A stretch of DNA of 64,000 nucleotides from Curvularia clavata (Eukaryota), in the NCBI GenBank assembly GCA_023920165.1, contig CP089278.1:2294001-2358000 (forward strand), in the 5' to 3' direction. The notes under the pieces were generated by a model. The model was not told where the DNA came from and did no database searches. It worked only from the letters and a program-made list of their open reading frames with translations. Within the stretch, counting starts at the first letter, position 1. Every line of letters begins with the position of its first letter. Of the stretch, positions 49,243 through 62,625 are shown piece by piece. Position numbers and translations under genes: made by a program.

Positions 49243-50155
49243 TAGGGCAAGCCCCATGCGAGGGGTCTCAATTGAAATTCTTGCTGAAGAATTTTACTCT
49301 GTTTATAATAGAAGAGAGCGGATGTTTGATCTGAGTGATAGTAAGAGGGTGAGTTTGTTATGGTCTTACTGGTCTTACCCGTTCGGGTAAAGCGCTCCCA
49401 CTCACATCCAATTAAAAGAGCGAATCCACTGCACGATTCTGCATGAGTGATAGACCAGCTATTGAGGGTCGGTATGCATGTAACAGACAACGTAGCAAGC
49501 GGTCACATACACAGGATCTACACGACATTTCAAACTTTCCGAACAAATCAATAAAATATACAGTATTCATTTCATTCCCAACCTTGTGAGATTTCCTGAA
49601 CGACCCTTAATCTGATCCAGACCCTCCAGCAGCACAGCGTCGACAAAGCATAGACTTGATCGAACGCGTGCTGAGTGCTGGGCATGAAACGAGAAAAAAA
49701 GAAGTATACATACTGATGCGGCCTATCCGAAAACACACTCCCCAGCGGACAGGCAAGCACAAAACACACTATAAAATATCCTCAAGACATTAACGACCTC
49801 TGTAAAGTAACTCGACCGTACCTGCTCCACTCTTCCGTTGTAAACAAGGAAGTGAATTGGAGATAGGCTTGGGGGTATAAACATTGCAAGCAAAGAGGCA
49901 AGAGTAGTTGTTTGCTCACTTTCCCTTGATAACTCATCAATCTCCCCATACAGGGTGTAGATGAAACTGAGAGTTGACCAAGACAAGGGGAACAGACAAC
50001 CGTCAAAAGAATGGAAGCCAAGCAGATAAATCACATAGCCACAGATCTATGAGACGCGTAAATCTCAGATCGCGCAAACAAAAGAAACAGAAAACAAGAG
50101 CCCGCTGAAACGTTCCTCATAAAAGCGCACCTGCCTTTGTCGGCTCGATAATGTC

Positions 50156-52209
50156 TTACATTGCCATACCAGGAACCGGCTTCCGATCAGGTATAGGAAG
50201 AGGGCCGGTTGGGGCTGGGGCATTAGGGTTCATAGGACTAGGACCTGGAGCTGGGCCACGGCGCGGGTTCCCAGCCGCACCTGCCGAGTTGGATCGTGGG
50301 CGGCCGTCAATCTTGGGTGGAGGTGTCATCTGGGGACCACCACCGTAGGGACCAGGCGACATGGAACGCTGAGGGGCAGCGAAAGGTGCGTTGCTGTTGG
50401 CGCGTCCACGAGGAGGGCCTTGAGGAGGACCTTGACCACGAGGGGGTCCGTATTGAGGAGCGTTGCTGTTGGCTCGCATGCGAGGGGAGCCTTGAGGGGG
50501 CATTTGACGGGGTCCAGGGCTCATGGGACGAGGGCCCTGACCGTTCATAGCAGGAGACAGAGGACGCGGCTGAGGTCCGCCGGGACCCATGGGCGGGCGG
50601 GCAGCAGGATTGCGCATGTTACCTGGGGGTGGACCTTGACGGGGCTTGACAGGGTGCTTGGACAGGCATGTACGAGGAACGACACCTTGCTGAGAACGGT
50701 CCATGCGAATGCAGAGAGCCTAAAAATGGTTAACGATATGCTTTTAACAAAGTATAATTGCGAACTTACCCATCCGTCGTCGTACTCATGAAGCATGCGA
50801 ACGAGTTGACCAGCGCGAAGATCGAGTTCATCGGACATGGAAGGCTTGAAGTCAAGTTGGACACGGTGTACATTGTTAGGACCAGGGCTTGGAGGGGGAC
50901 CAGCAGCAGCACCAGCGATAGGAAGGGGACCAGCAGGGGCAGGACCAGGAGACGCAGGAAGACCTTCGGCAGAAGCTGGAGTGGACGGGACGCTTCCAGG
51001 GTTGGGGCTGGCTGTTGGCGGGGCTGGAAGTTCAGCAGTAGGAGCTTGAGAGGCAGGGGGAGGAATTGACTTGGCTCCAGATCCGGCAATAGAGGCGGCG
51101 TCAGCGGCAGCAATAGCAGCGGCGGGGTCGGCAAAGCTGGCGGTGGTACTGGGCTTGGCAGAGTGCATGGCAGAGTTCAATGGGGAGGCATTAGGGGGCG
51201 AGTCTGGGATAGAAGCTTGCTGGCTATCAACGGCAGCCTTGTTTCCGAAGGGGTTGGCCGATGGGGGAGCAGATGACGCCTCAGGATCTTTGAAGGGATC
51301 AGCAGCAGGAGCATTGGATGCGCCAGGTCGCTCCCAGGCACTCGATGGACGCTCGGCGACAGCGGAAGGCGAGAGAGTCTGTGATTTAGCAGCGCCGGCG
51401 GCAGCACCGCCAGCAGCAGCAGCATTAAGCAAGTTGGCTGCGCTCTTGCGCTGCTCGAAGCTGGGATCAAATTGAGTAACGGGACGAAGGCTCAGGCGAG
51501 GCGCAGTATCGGCGCTGTGCGCAGAACGAATGCTAACAGTAGAGGCAGCGGCAGGACCAGTAGTGAAGACTTGAGGTGGCGGAGGGGCAGGGGCGTTGTA
51601 CATCTCGGTCTTCTCGTTCTCCTGGGCGGCGGCAGCCATCTGCTTCTTCTTGCGACGGTACAGGAGAAGGATTCCAGTAAGGGCGGCACATACAAGGAGA
51701 AGGAGACCAAGAGCAAGGCCAGCTTTTGCACCAGTAGACATGCCCTCATCGGAACCGGGGGCACCAGTGGCAGAGGAAGAGGCAGTGGCGGAAATGGCGG
51801 CAGTGGCAGAAATGAGGCCTGCAGCGGACGAGGCAGGGCTTGGAGTGGGGGACTTTGTTGCGATCATGAGGGTAGACGCTTCCTTGATGGAGCTCTTGGG
51901 CTGGTCCGTCTGCCTCACGGGTGCGTTGTTGTCGTTGTCGTTGTTATTATTATTGTTGTTGTCATTGTCGTTCGAGTCCTGGGTAGGCGATGGCCTTCTC
52001 GTAGGCTTGGCCGTCTCCTCAGGCTCATCAGTTTCCTGAGCAGTGGTGCTCTCGCGGGCGCGGGTAGCAGGGGGAGGGAGCGCAACAGGTCTCTTGGTCG
52101 GCTCTGGTTCATCGGCTCCCTCGGTCGCAATTATGATGGCCGTGACAACTTCTACTGGACCGTTGAACTGCTGTCGGCGCATGTGGGCATGCGCGTGCTG
52201 GTGCGCCAT
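50156..52209 (-). CDS. Single-pass membrane protein with a cytoplasmic SH3 domain (Fus1-like architecture), 2 exons (52209-50770, 50719-50156)
   Basis: Ser/Thr-rich N-part; TM helix GLALGLLLLVCAALTGILLLY followed by RRKKK; SH3 VHRVQLDFKPSMSDELDL..LHEYDDGWALCIRMDRSQQGVVPRTCL formed across intron 50720-50769; Pro/Gly-rich tail. Confidence 0.87.
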
Positions 52210-53558
52210 GTTGGGCGTTATGGCGTACGTGTGACAAAGAGTTGTTTGGTCGAATTTGACTGTGCAGAAACCGGCTCCTAGGTTGCGGGCGCAAGATGCT
52301 CTTGGTTGACAGTGAAGGTGTATTGTACTTGTTAGGCGTGGTGCAAGGAACGTGGTATTTGGACGAGGCGTCGTCGTCGGCGGCGTTGTTTATGTTCAGG
52401 TGGACTAGGCACTATACAGAAAAGAGGGTAACTATGGGCATGTAAAAGAGTGGAATGCGGCGGGGGCAGCAGGGCGAACGAAGGACTAGACGACAACCCG
52501 GCCGCAGCAGTACGTGATGTCGTCAAAGGAATTAAGAGGCGGCGTGAAGGTGAGGGAGCGAGGGACCGACGGTGGAGAGGAAAGGGCGTGGCACGACGGA
52601 GCGACTTTGGGGCTTGTGCGGCCACGCTCGAAACGCCGGGGAGGCCTACCATGGCCGAACCGTCTCTGGTGGCCCGTGCCCGCGTTCATCCTGCCTATAC
52701 CGGCATTAGCCTGTCCCTAGTGCCAGGTACCGGCTGCCTGTGATTGGCCGCTCCATCTAATTTCCAGCCCTCTTGACGCTCGTGCTATTTTCTGCCTCTG
52801 TCCCTCCACCAGGCCCGGCGAATGGGCGGCCCTGCACCCCTTATCGACTCGAGGAGCGACTATCAGCACTTTAGACACCGCCACAGCCTGCAGCCAACCT
52901 GGAGACGTCACGGTCCTGACCTCATTTTCCAGCTACAAAGCTGGAAGATAGAGTGCCGGGCCGGCACCATGGCATGCCCGCTGAGATGCCCTCTTTACCC
53001 GTCCAGCCAACCGCCAGCACCTAATTACCGTGCGGGCGCATGGCATCATGAACCTACTTACTTAGGCCCGCCCCCGTCGCGTCGTAATTTCGCCTGTCAT
53101 CAAAGCGGAATGCCAACGCCGCAATCCTGACCCGAGGGTAATGCCAGGCTGTATGCTTGCGACAGTGGCTGAACTCGTGTGCTCTGGTCCGGTAGTTTGG
53201 AAAAACACACAGGTCCACGAGTGAACACGCTGTGCCAGAAGAAAAAGGAAAACAACATAGGTGGCTAGTGGCCGTTGGTGCGATCACGCAAACCCTGGTC
53301 GAAAACAAACAAAAAAGAATGCCTCAACAGCACCAAGGCATGAGGCTTCGAACAAGCATTTTGCATTACAACTTTATGCGCTATGCTCGCTCAAAAGGGG
53401 TACCTTTCCATCTCCTTTGACTGAGCACAGCGTCACGCCAAGAAACAGGTAGAACTAGATGCACTCTGAGTGTGAAGCAGCACCCTGTGGCTATTCATTT
53501 CCAATTGACATCTAGACATATATGTTTGCTTTTAGAGATTAGTCATCAAAACATCTCA

Positions 53559-53630
53559 GCCTTCCTAGCTCAGTGGTAGAGCGCGTCACTAGTAATGACG
53601 AGGTCGTCAGTTCAATTCTGGCGGAAGGCA
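53559..53630 (+). tRNA. tRNA-Thr (anticodon AGT), intronless
   Basis: Acceptor stem GCCTTCC/GGAAGGC, D arm GCTCAGTGGTAGAGC, anticodon stem CGTCA/TGACG with loop CT-AGT-AA, T loop TTCAATT. Confidence 0.97.
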
Positions 53631-53632
53631 AC

Positions 53633-53639
53633 TTTTTTT
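53633..53639 (+). terminator. RNA polymerase III oligo-T terminator of tRNA-Thr
   Basis: T7 run immediately 3' of the tRNA. Confidence 0.85.
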
Positions 53640-54611
53640 GCCTTATCACCTCAAGTACAACCAACCGCAAAGCTCTGAGGCCATTCGAGCCCAATTATTT
53701 TGCCAGTACCATCAGATCTTATATTCTCAATTTTGGGTGCATGTAAAGATCTGCTCACGGACACATTGCTTTTTGCAGCAAACCTCAGAAAGTCGGTTGT
53801 ACAATGCGAAAGCACCTTTGTGGCGATCCTGGACATTTCTTCTGGGGTGACGCCTGACTAATCTATGCAGCGCAATACTTCCATATGCAATGCAGTGATC
53901 TCAACACTAAACCTACTACATGACATATTGCTTGACCTTGCGCTGACAAGGAAGAGGCCTGCAGTTTCAGAGGTCGATGCAGTGCTTCACGATCCCCGGA
54001 TCCTCGGTTGGCCAAAATGGGTATACCAGTCGCGTTTTAACCACGTGAGACAGAATTCTCCTGGCAGCAGAAGGCTCATGTGAGGCGGTGTAGACATCAG
54101 CAAAACATCCACAGCTGACTAGTGGTTTCTTGGTCTGATTCAGCCACTCATCTCGCTCAAGTGAGTAATCATGTATAACGAAGAAAGAACAGTCATCCTA
54201 TAGGCCTCGAACGCGGGGAAGCATCTTGAGCATCGTCACAACGTGTAGTTTGGTGGAGCGTCCGAACGGTGATTGTATCTACGCGCAGAGCTGCTGATGG
54301 CCCGGCGGGGAAAATCCTGAGCCAGAGCTCAGGATGAGTGGGGCTGGGCAGCTGCTAGCGCGTCCAGTCGCTAATCCACCGTTCTTCGCATCCCAGCAGC
54401 ATCTCAGAATCTCGAGCCCATGGAAACAGAAATAACCACTGGTCGCACGCTATAGCAACAGGCTGAACTTGCTCGCGGGACTGCGGAGCTTATCCCACCG
54501 GCTTCTCGCGACAAGCCGCGCTGCTTCGCTACCTTATCGCCTGGAAGATCCACGCTTCCGAGTTTTATTTCAGGAAAAGTGTTGTCCCGGTCAATTGCAC
54601 CGCCTGAATCA

Positions 54612-56495
54612 ATGGCCCGCACAACACCTATTCAGAACAGGCCGTACCGCTCGCACAAAGTACCGGCCTGTACAAGATGTCGCTCCCGAAAGATCCGCTG
54701 CCACATCGACATTCCTGGAGAACCATGCCTATCTTGTCGAGAAAGACGACTTAAATGTCAATATGTCGAGGGCTCCAGCACCAGCTCCCCTACAGAAGAA
54801 GGCTCAGATCGGAGGCCCTCAAAGCGACGTCGACACAGCGAGCCAGATGAAGGCCCTTCTCGGCCTCGTTCAGCCCCCATCTTACATAAGAACGTCAACA
54901 ATCCCTCGGCATCCATCATGCTTGCACCACATTTTGCTGAGGACATTGACATCTTCAATCGCCACATTTCGCAGCATCGAAAAGCTGGAGGTGAAGCGGA
55001 GCACTCCAACTACCAAACCTTGTTGCACGATGCCAAAGACCCCGTTGTGTACCTTACCGTACCGAGGTTCCGGACTGGCCTACCACCCAACAGCGGCTGT
55101 GGAAAGGAGCAAGTAGAGATTGTCGAGCAGATCATGGGACCGTTCAAGCGTGAGGTAGTCGAGCTTTACTTTAGCGAGATTCACTATCATTTCCCCGTCT
55201 TGGATGACGAAATGTGTGATACGCTACGAACGAACCAATACGCCAAAGTACCCAATAACCTGATGTGCGTCATCTATGCACTTGCTTCGGCGCATTGGTC
55301 AAAGTCAGATACGCTCAAGATGCATCCTAAACCAAACTCATATTACGTCTGGAACAAGGCCATTTCCGCGACCTTGGAGGATTTTCTCAGCCCCGGTATG
55401 TCGACTTTACAGGCCGCAGTGCTTGATCAGGTTGGCCGTCCTTCAGTTTCTATCATCGGTAACATTACGCTCTGCGGGCGTACTGTTTCTTTGGCTCAAA
55501 CTTTTGGACTTCACAGGGACCCTTCGAAGTGGTCAATCACTGAAAATGAGAAGTCGCTTCGCATCCGCCTCTGGTGGTGCGTTCTTATCACCGACCAGTG
55601 GTCTAGTGTAGCATACGGTGCGCCCCCTTACGTCTCCAAGGGCTATTACGATGTTCCACGGCCAACGGTTGCCTCGCTTATTGGCAACAGAGCAAGTCCG
55701 CAGCAGAAGCAAGCTACCAACTGCTTTGTGCACTTGTGTGGACTGACGGAGCTACTTGCGGAAATCCTGCCTTTTGTCTATCAGATCAACCCAGACCGAT
55801 TACAGCTCGCTCGGGAAATCGATCGTTTCAAGCTTGAGTTGAACGACTTGGAAGCGCAGCTGCCTGAGTGGCTTCCTCTTCCAAATCGACCAGGAACAAC
55901 TATGCTTTGGCTCTCGTTCCTCTCGATCAGACTGGTTCTCGCCCGTGTGATTTTCCGCGCAGCAGTTCTCGATGGGGACGGCAGCATCGGGAGGAACCGG
56001 CTGGATCAGCTACGCATCGCATCTTCTGCTGTTCTTGATTTTATCCTGACAATAGGAGAAACTCAGTTCCTGGATTTTTGGCTTCCGTACGCGACTCATC
56101 TTTTGGTGCAGGCCATTACGGTATCGTTACGCTGTACCGTCGAGACGCAGGATCCTGAAATACGCAACACATCTGTTGCGCGTCTTGAACGCGTTATTGC
56201 ACACATTCAGCATGCGCGGGATAATTACGACTGGGATATTGCAAACTACTGTCTCGAACGGTGTGCTGATCCAGTCTCAAAGATTGCGTCGCTGAACGCA
56301 AGAGAGGTACCGCAACCTTCAGAAACCGAACCCACAAATATCGTAGCGAATGGGAACGGCGGCGAAATGCATGCAATGCCTAATTTCGACGATGCCTCCT
56401 TCCTGCTTTCGGATATTCTCGACCCCAACGCCTTTGACTTTTCCTGGGATGCGTTGTGGGACACACCGTCTGGTATGACGAATTTTTCGATATAG
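54612..56495 (+). CDS. Zn(II)2Cys6 transcription factor with fungal-specific TF domain, intronless
   Basis: ACTRCRSRKIRC...CLSCRERRLKCQY; YFSEIHYHFPVLD; AQTFGLHRDP..EKSLRIRLWW..DQWSSVAYGAP; acidic/aromatic C-terminal activation tail. The first ATG is at 54612. Confidence 0.93.
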   Translation: MARTTPIQNRPYRSHKVPACTRCRSRKIRCHIDIPGEPCLSCRERRLKCQYVEGSSTSSPTEEGSDRRPSKRRRHSEPDEGPSRPRSAPILHKNVNNPSASIMLAPHFAEDIDIFNRHISQHRKAGGEAEHSNYQTLLHDAKDPVVYLTVPRFRTGLPPNSGCGKEQVEIVEQIMGPFKREVVELYFSEIHYHFPVLDDEMCDTLRTNQYAKVPNNLMCVIYALASAHWSKSDTLKMHPKPNSYYVWNKAISATLEDFLSPGMSTLQAAVLDQVGRPSVSIIGNITLCGRTVSLAQTFGLHRDPSKWSITENEKSLRIRLWWCVLITDQWSSVAYGAPPYVSKGYYDVPRPTVASLIGNRASPQQKQATNCFVHLCGLTELLAEILPFVYQINPDRLQLAREIDRFKLELNDLEAQLPEWLPLPNRPGTTMLWLSFLSIRLVLARVIFRAAVLDGDGSIGRNRLDQLRIASSAVLDFILTIGETQFLDFWLPYATHLLVQAITVSLRCTVETQDPEIRNTSVARLERVIAHIQHARDNYDWDIANYCLERCADPVSKIASLNAREVPQPSETEPTNIVANGNGGEMHAMPNFDDASFLLSDILDPNAFDFSWDALWDTPSGMTNFSI

Positions 56496-57371
56496 CAACC
56501 TTGCCGCACACGAAGTCATATGTCTCAAGTCCAGAGACGAGGTCAGCAACAAATGTGTCTTCTACCTCGTATCTTAAACCTCGTTGGCTCGCGTACTAGT
56601 TGAGACGCATACTTGTATGCCTGTATCCCATTCTACCTGGTCACAATGATCATCACAGCGGTTGCGACCGGCTCCAACTAGCAGCCGAGGATTACACGGC
56701 GACAAAAACTACACTACAAATCCGAGCGACTAAGTGTTACTTGTGCAACTTTCAGTGTAGTTGTGGGTTTTGCCTTAGGACATGATTCTCGATTGACCAA
56801 CCGACGCTACACCAAAAAAAGCGCGTTTGTGTTTAATTAAAAGTTGCAGTTTAACCTTCAGAGAAGACCGTGCTTGAAAAATGTTCAAAGCAACGCTTGT
56901 TAGTATTTGGAATACACACTGAGGCTGTTTACTAGCTTGTATATGTTTAATAGTCAGAAGCTACCCTAATAACATTCTGTTGTGGAACTAGCTTCTCCTT
57001 GATAAATTGGTCACCGATCCCAATAAAAGGCTCTCCGCTTCAGATGTGCTGGCGCCGTATGAGTTTCGGGCTCTCAAGAAGGCTATAGGTGCATAGTCTG
57101 TTTGATAACAACAAATTTCTGCATTTGATGTCCAACTACTTCGGCGTGCTGTGTAAGCTGAGGTTTTAGGAATCGATGTCGTGATCCGCTAGTGGCTCTC
57201 CTTATTGGCCATGTCCCTAGCCTCACAGGCGACCCACATCAAAGTCTGTAATCAGTCCACCAACATGGGAGCCCTTGATCTGAATCTCACTCCTCGTTCA
57301 TTCCTACAGTCTTTTTTACTTCACACTCCTTGGCCAAACAAATAGCCCCACAGTGAGACTTTTGGAATAAC

Positions 57372-58792
57372 ATGCCGGCCATGTTCCGCACCGGCGTTTC
57401 CCAACTAGCGGCTGTACGCCCTCTCCCTACATCGAGCCGGGTAGCACCATGTGTTCGGAATCTCGCAACCGTTTCGCCAGTGCAGACGGCTACTCGCAAT
57501 CACAAGATTGTCGTGATCGGTGGTGGCTCAGCCGGCATTGCTCTGTCCCATCAACTGCTCCGTAAAGGAAATTTTGGCCAAGACGACATCGCCATTGTTG
57601 ATCCCGCGGAGTGGCACCACTACCAACCTGGCTGGACCCTTGTCGGTGGTGGTCTGAAGAAGAAAGAAGATCTCCGCCGCCCAATCAAGGATCTGATGAA
57701 CCCCAAGTTCAAATTCTACAACACCGCGGTAGGCAGCCTGAACCCAGAGGAAAACTACATTACCACCAATGCCGGAGAGAAGATTGCGTATGAGCAGCTT
57801 GTTGTCGTGCCTGGAATCATGCTGGACTATGGAGCGGTACCAGGCCTGAAAGAGGCGCTGGAAGAGAAGGAATCAATGGTTTCTACCATTTACGACTATG
57901 CGTACTGCGATAAAGCGTACAGCAACGTGCAAAAGTTCAAAAAGGGAGATGCGGTGTTTACCCAGCCCGCAGGTGTAGTCAAGTGTGCGGGTGCGCCGCA
58001 AAAGATCATGTGGCTTGCGCTGGATTACTGGAAGAATGCTGGTCTGTACAAGCCCTCGTCGTCGGGCGAATCACCAATCAACATTGCCTTTGCGACGGGC
58101 TTGCCAAAGATGTTTGGTGTAGACAAGTACGTTGCCACGACTTAAATCATCAGACGTTACAACACTAACTCCAACCCAACAGATACAGCCAAACACTTGA
58201 AAGGCTTCGCGTTGAGCGCGGTGTCGAAGGTCTCTTCCAACACGACCTGGCGTCCATCTCAGGCAACACCGCCACCTTCAACGTGCCCAACCAGGACCCC
58301 GTAAAGCGCCACTTTGACTTCCTGCACGTGGCACCCAAGAATGTGCCCTGGTCCTTTATCAAGAACAGTGCGCTCGCCAACGAAGCAGGCTACGTTGCTG
58401 TCTCAGACAGCACAACGCAGCACACCAAGTACCCCAATGTGTGGTCCATCGGTGATGCCTCCTCACTGCCTACCAGCAAGACCGTAGCCGCCATTACCGC
58501 CGAAGCCCCCGTCCTCGTGTCCAACTTGCTCAGTCAGATGCAAGGGAAGCCGCTCGAGGCTTCGTACGACGGATACACGTCGTGCCCGCTGCTGACGGGC
58601 GAGAAAGAGGTGCTGCTCGCCGAGTTCAAGTACGGTGGTGTGCCCAAGGAGACGTTTAATGCTCTGCTGGGTATCGATCAGGGCGTCCCCAGGAACGCAT
58701 TCTATTGGCTGAAGAAGGAGTTTTTCCCTTGGGTTTATGGAAAGTATCATGTCAAGGGTGAGTGGGCTGGTCCAAAGGGGCTGGCGAGATGA
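57372..58792 (+). CDS. Mitochondrial sulfide:quinone oxidoreductase (SQOR/Hmt2 type), 2 exons (57372-58126, 58183-58792)
   Basis: Presequence-like N-terminus; FAD fold VVIGGGSAG; YQPGWTLVGGG; both catalytic Cys motifs (KCAGAPQK and GYTSCP); NVWSIGD..PTSKT; LAEFKY..KETF. Intron 58127-58182 is in frame. Confidence 0.93.
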
Positions 58793-59272
58793 GAAAGGGC
58801 CGAGGGTGGGGGGTTGTAACATGGGTGCGTTTGTGCTCAAGCATGGATAAGAAATTAGGTCATCCAGCTTGACATAGAGTGCTTTGAGGTGGTAACTTGG
58901 TTCTGTGCAAGGGAAGAAGGGAGATAGCGTACAGAGGGGAGGTCGCTAGTATTTTGGATTTATTACATAGCGAGGCACAGATAAGGGAGAAAGTAACATA
59001 TACCCTGATAATTATCATACAATTTTGATCTAGCAACGAAAACCAGTTCTTCTAAGACACATGATATTGAGTCACCCAGTTCGACATATCAGTGCAACAG
59101 ATATTACAACAACTTCATCACAGTCATGTCACAGCCAAGACATCAACATGTGAAAAGCAAACTTAACTCGTTCAATCTTATATACATAGCCTCCATACTC
59201 ATGATTCCTCCCACCACTCGATTCAATCTCATCCCTACTACAAATACACACATACACCCTTTCTCCCCTTCC

Positions 59273-61547
59273 CTACAAGCGTGACAAGCCAACCACCTCC
59301 CTGGGCGCATGGTAAGTCGGCACCTTCATATCGAGCGCGCTACCACTGTAACCAAGGTCCTCAGCGGTAAGGACGGCGCACTTCTCACCAATGAGCAGGG
59401 CAGTCGAGTACGTGTTGCAGCCGACGTTGTCGGGACAGATGGACAGATCGGCGACCTTGAGGCCCTTTACGCCGTGGACGTTGAGGCGCTCGTCGAGAAC
59501 ACCGTGCTTGACGATGGAGTTGCCGTTCTTAGGGGCCATGGAACACGTGCCGAGGGAGTGCCAGGTGGTTTCGACGTGGCCTATATGAGAGAGTTAGCTA
59601 CTGTTGCCTGATGGGGTTTGTACAGAAGGGAAGGGAGAGACGTACGCTTGACCCAGTCTTCAACGTGCTTGATATCTTCGTTGGTGTATTGCAAGTCCTC
59701 AAAGACTTCTTGCTGGTTGGAGTTCAAGAATGTGGGCTGAGGGACGCGGCCTTTCTCCAAGGGCGCGGTCCAGGAGCCATGTTGAATACCAGCGGAGAGG
59801 TTGCCAGGGAGAGCGTATGCGTTGGTGGTAGCAAGATCCATGTCGCGTGCACGGGCTGGGCTGTCATAAGCATAGAAGGGATGCATGGCTTGAACCTCTC
59901 CGGCGTAGGCGTCCATTCGGCGGGCAGTCTCACGGGACTTGATGTATCCCCAAACCATGGGAGCCATGTCTCGCTTGTCATTCATAAATCCGGCATCAAA
60001 GTCCGGTGCCTCATACGGGTTGGGCGAGACAATGTGTGTAGAACCACGAGAGAAGGGATACTCGAGGAAGTGGAACATGGTGAAGAACTTGCCTGGTGGC
60101 ATGACCATGTGGTCACCGAACCAGCCTGCAATGACCGAGTAATGCATTACTGGCTTGTCTGGTTTGTTCTTGAAGTAGGAGTCCCAACCAGAGCGGAATT
60201 CCTTGCATGGCCAACTGTCCATCATCTTGAGTTCTTCCTCAGTAGGCCGGATCTTGACACCAGCTTCGATACCATTGGTGGCAAGTGGACCAGTGCCATT
60301 GATGTTCCACTGCTGGAAGACTTGTTCTTGCACCTTGGGGTCACCACGGACGAAGTCGTCAAACGACTCTACATGTGGCTTCGCGCGGTACGTGGCGAAG
60401 GTCAGGCTAGGACTTTGTCAACCAAACTGTTTTAGTGCGCGCTGATGTCGACTTACTAGTGGTCCTGGAAGTTGAGACCCACACCAGGAAGGTCAACCAA
60501 GGGCTTCACACCAGCCTTTCGCAGTTTTTCTGGGTCACCGATACCAGAGCGCTGGAGGATGAGCGGTGAACTCAGGGTACCTCCCGAAACAATGATCTGT
60601 TTGCGGGCGCGGATGATCCTAGAGTTGATCTGTCCAGGAGAGACGGGCTTGGTAGGAACAACCTTGACGCCAACAGCTCGATCACCCTCGAGAATAACCT
60701 TTGATTGATCGTCAGCGGCAGTATCAGCCTATAAGAGATGGCTACATACCTTCTCAACCTTGTTGCTGGTCAACAGGTGCAGATTCTGATGAACGGCACG
60801 GGTGCTGTGAATGTAACCGTGGGCAGAGTCAGAGCGACGTCCGGTGTCACGGTTGATCCACTTGAGCCAGTGCTCAGCACCATGGCCAGTGACCAAGTCC
60901 TGAAGGTCATCGGTAGTTGGAATGCCCTGAGACTCTGTGGCACGGAGGAAGTCCTCCTTGATAGGATAAGTATAGTTACCAAAGGAAACCTTGATGGGTC
61001 CCTCAAATCCGTGAATGTCACGGTTGTTGCAGGCACGCTGGTAAGTCTCGTGCTTCTTCATAAGAGGAATGAGTTCCTTAGTGGTCCAACCCTTGGCCTG
61101 GAAGTCATCGTAATCTGAAGCCGAAGCACGAGTGTACATCTGGGTTTTGTTAATCCCATCACTGGCTGTCTTCTGACTGTGCATAGCGTACCATGAAATT
61201 AATGGAAGACCCGCCTCCGAGAATGTGTGCACAGGGCACAACAGCACGGCGTCCATCGAGCCATTCCGAAGGCCTGGAATAGTAGAAGGAGGCAGTCTTG
61301 CTGTCCAACTTCATGTTCCTTGGGTAGATACCCGGGCGGAAGACCCATGGATTGTTCAGGTTGTTCTCACCAGCCTCAATCAAGAGGACCTGGAGATTAT
61401 GGTCAAGATTGGCCAAACGGCCAGCGACGACACATCCGCACGATCCTCCACCACACACGATAATATCAACCTTTTCCTCGTCAGCAACTGAGTCCAGTCC
61501 ATTGGGAGCTGGTGGCCTGAACACCGTACCTCGTCTGGGATCGTCAT
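59273..61547 (-). CDS. Peroxisomal alcohol (methanol) oxidase, GMC family, 6 exons (61547-61530, 61470-61192, 61139-60750, 60698-60457, 60406-59646, 59580-59273)
   Basis: Spliced N-terminus MTIPDEVDIIVCGGGSCG; ILGGGSSINFMMYTRAS; ETTWHSLGTC; ADLSICPDNVGCNTYSTA; C-terminal PTS1 -SRL. Five introns, all GT..AG and in frame. Confidence 0.95.
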
Positions 61548-62609
61548 CTTGCTGGCTTATGGAGATGTTATGTTGTTGAAACGATATGCAGGTATTGCAA
61601 GTTGACCGCAGGTGAGCAAGTCAACTGGGCATGACAGTCCGTCCATGGGCGAGGAAAAGACGTCCCTTTAAACTGTCAAACCCCGCATGTCCAGGATGTT
61701 TGCGCTCGAAGAGGGCCCACCATGTGGGCTGTGTCAATATGCATTTCTGAAAGCCGTCCATCCGGATAGCATGATGCATGCATAGTGAAGGGGGACCATG
61801 TACCATTTCTCCAACCTATCTGCCCGAATAAGGTTGGTGTATGGGTTTCTAGCCTACATCAAAAGGCCTCATGGGGCCTTGTCAAGGCCATTCAAACAAA
61901 AGCAAGACGATGGACTTGCGGATCCGCAGACAGGCTGTCTCCATACCGGCAGCGAACAAGGGTTGATACAATGGCAACGATTGGTCCCAAGAGCTGGGAC
62001 AAGGTTAGTTCCCAGCATCGGGGTAATGGCCAGGGCGAACTGGGGTGAATGCCCTCATGGTCTCATGTTGGATGACGGGGTGCGGAGAAAGGTCACATCC
62101 AGTAAGGAGACATGCTCGGTTGCGTGTACAGGCCCACCATCAGATGTAAGCTCTGCGGACCCGATCCTGTGAGGTCGAGAACGGCGGGTTTAGGATTCTA
62201 ATTCCAGCGTATCACGTCCTGGCAAGAGACAATGCACAAGTTTGTGACGAGGAGCGAGCGGCATGTGCAACGAAGTAATCGAGATGAATCGCAGTCCAAT
62301 AATGATCTACATGGAATTGAGTTGCCGAGTATCCTTGGGAGCTGATGCTGACCAGTGTAGCTGGGTTAATCGCACCGTTTGGTCGTCCTTGAAGCTTCAC
62401 CATGGTACCCGGCTGACAGTACTCAGCGACCATACACCTGTGGGTAAGCACTGTTGGGGGTATGTTTGTCTGCGGGGAGCAAGCGGCGCTGACGTCCTTT
62501 CAGAGACAACCTCTCTCTCGTGGAAGAATGCGGATGTGGGGTGCAGGACATCCTGTGCTTCATGCTGGGAGGGGACTATACCTTGGCGTGAACGCTAATG
62601 CCGGAAAGT

Positions 62610-62625
62610 GCGGGGTCAGCCCCGC
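62610..62625. promoter_or_regulatory. Inverted pair of CreA/Mig1-type SYGGRG sites upstream of alcohol oxidase
   Basis: GCGGGG-TCAG-CCCCGC. Confidence 0.45.

Noticed and set aside
59611..60435. 274-aa plus-strand ORF, and similar antisense ORFs over CYR1, NAF1 and the SH3 gene
   Set aside because: Antisense shadows of codon-biased genes.
35685..61547. DUF3445 (formaldehyde-releasing family) and alcohol oxidase as a C1 cluster
   Set aside because: They are 22 kb apart with unrelated genes between them, and no formaldehyde or formate dehydrogenase is present.
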